Program-made: the position numbers and the translations under genes
Notes under the pieces: generated by a model
Told to the model about the DNA's origin: nothing
Database searches by the model: none
The model's input: only the letters and a program-made list of their open reading frames with translations
From: Desulfovirgula sp.
GTDB taxonomy: Bacteria; Bacillota; Desulfotomaculia; Desulfotomaculales; Nap2-2B
NCBI GenBank assembly: GCA_020725585.1
Contig: DYES01000072.1
Span: 921-64,920 of the forward strand
DNA: 64,000 bases
Direction of reading: 5' to 3'
In this document: positions 63,489-64,000 of the stretch, in pieces
Position numbering within the stretch: position 1 is the first letter of the stretch
Layout: each line of letters opens with the position of its first letter

Positions 63489-63532
63489 AAACCTCCCAAA
63501 CATCAGGGATGAAATGAATTGAGAACAAAATT

Positions 63533-64000
63533 ATGCAGTTAAAGCAGTTAAATCCATCGGTAAAAAAGCTCCTTACGGTAAGCGAGCTGACCGTCTACAT
63601 AAAAGACCTGATGGACAAAGACCCCCTGCTTATCGGCCTGTGGGTAAGGGGGGAAATATCCAACTGCAAGCTGGCGGCAAGCGGCCACCTGTACTTTACT
63701 TTGAAAGACGAGCAATGCTGCATTAGGGCCATCATGTTTCGCTCCCGGTGCGCAAAGCTGCCTTTCCAGCCCAAAAACGGGCTGGCCGTCCGGGTGCGCG
63801 GCTACGTTACGGTTTACGAGCGTGACGGCACCTACCAGCTTTATGCGGAAGAAATGGAGCCGGACGGCGCCGGCGCGCTTTATTTAGCCTTTGCCCAGCT
63901 AAAGAACAGGCTTCAGCAAGAGGGGCTGTTTGACGCCCGGCGCAAGAAAAAGTTGCCCTTTTTGCCCCGGCGCATCGGCATCGTCACCTCGCCGACGGGT
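63533..64000 (+). CDS. xseA: Exodeoxyribonuclease VII large subunit, 3' end cut by window edge
   Basis: My translation: 'MQLKQLNPSVKKLLTVSELTVYIKDLMDKDPLLIGLWVRGEISNCKLAASGHLYFTLKDE...IGIVTSPTG'. OB-fold N-terminus typical of XseA; open to the window end. Confidence 0.9.
   Translation, partial: MQLKQLNPSVKKLLTVSELTVYIKDLMDKDPLLIGLWVRGEISNCKLAASGHLYFTLKDEQCCIRAIMFRSRCAKLPFQPKNGLAVRVRGYVTVYERDGTYQLYAEEMEPDGAGALYLAFAQLKNRLQQEGLFDARRKKKLPFLPRRIGIVTSPTG

Noticed and set aside
1-64000. Search for CRISPR arrays, tRNA/rRNA genes, IS elements and prophage genes
   Set aside because: No regularly spaced direct repeats, no tRNA-like T-arm/acceptor patterns, and no transposase, capsid or terminase-like ORFs were seen. 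The only tandem repeats are the 9-bp triplet in dinB and the GGCTGC microrepeat at the nfnA 3' end.

Overview
64-kb chromosomal window from a moderately GC-rich, endospore-forming Firmicute. The class Clostridia assignment and the Peptococcaceae/Thermoanaerobacterales-like gene order are inference only. Nearly all genes are on the + strand. The backbone is classic Firmicute sporulation/housekeeping synteny: dxs-tlyA-nadK-argR-recN-spoIVB-spo0A, spoIIM-xerD-deoB, aroK-aroB, aroQ-pepP-efp, spoIIIAA-AH, asp23-amaP-DUF2273, nusB, nfnAB, xseA. Accessory content: (i) a steA/steB(mctB)-like + GT2 + GT4 cluster after spo0A; (ii) a VapBC toxin-antitoxin pair; (iii) an 11-kb Gram-positive-type type IV pilus locus (pilB pilT | pilC pilA pilD, four minor pilins, pilMNO, no secretin). 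This locus is split just upstream of pilC by an internal sigma-A promoter, a GEMM-I (c-di-GMP-I) riboswitch and an intrinsic terminator; (iv) an ~11-kb mosaic insertion between tldD and tldE/pmbA. It carries a YabG-N-terminal-only ORF, a CapA-like lipoprotein, an RR-HK-YckD/LTXXQ-like operon, an AT-rich lipoprotein-MacB-like ABC-MFP-permease-TolC-like efflux island, and a decayed dinB/yolD cassette; (v) several gene relics (GH31, M20 peptidase, dinB, possibly yabG). I saw no rRNA, tRNA, CRISPR array, transposase or phage genes. The best candidates for something new are the c-di-GMP-gated pilus sub-operon and the two-component/YckD-like/tripartite-efflux module in what looks like a monoderm spore-former. 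All family assignments are by-eye motif recognition and need HMM or BLAST confirmation.
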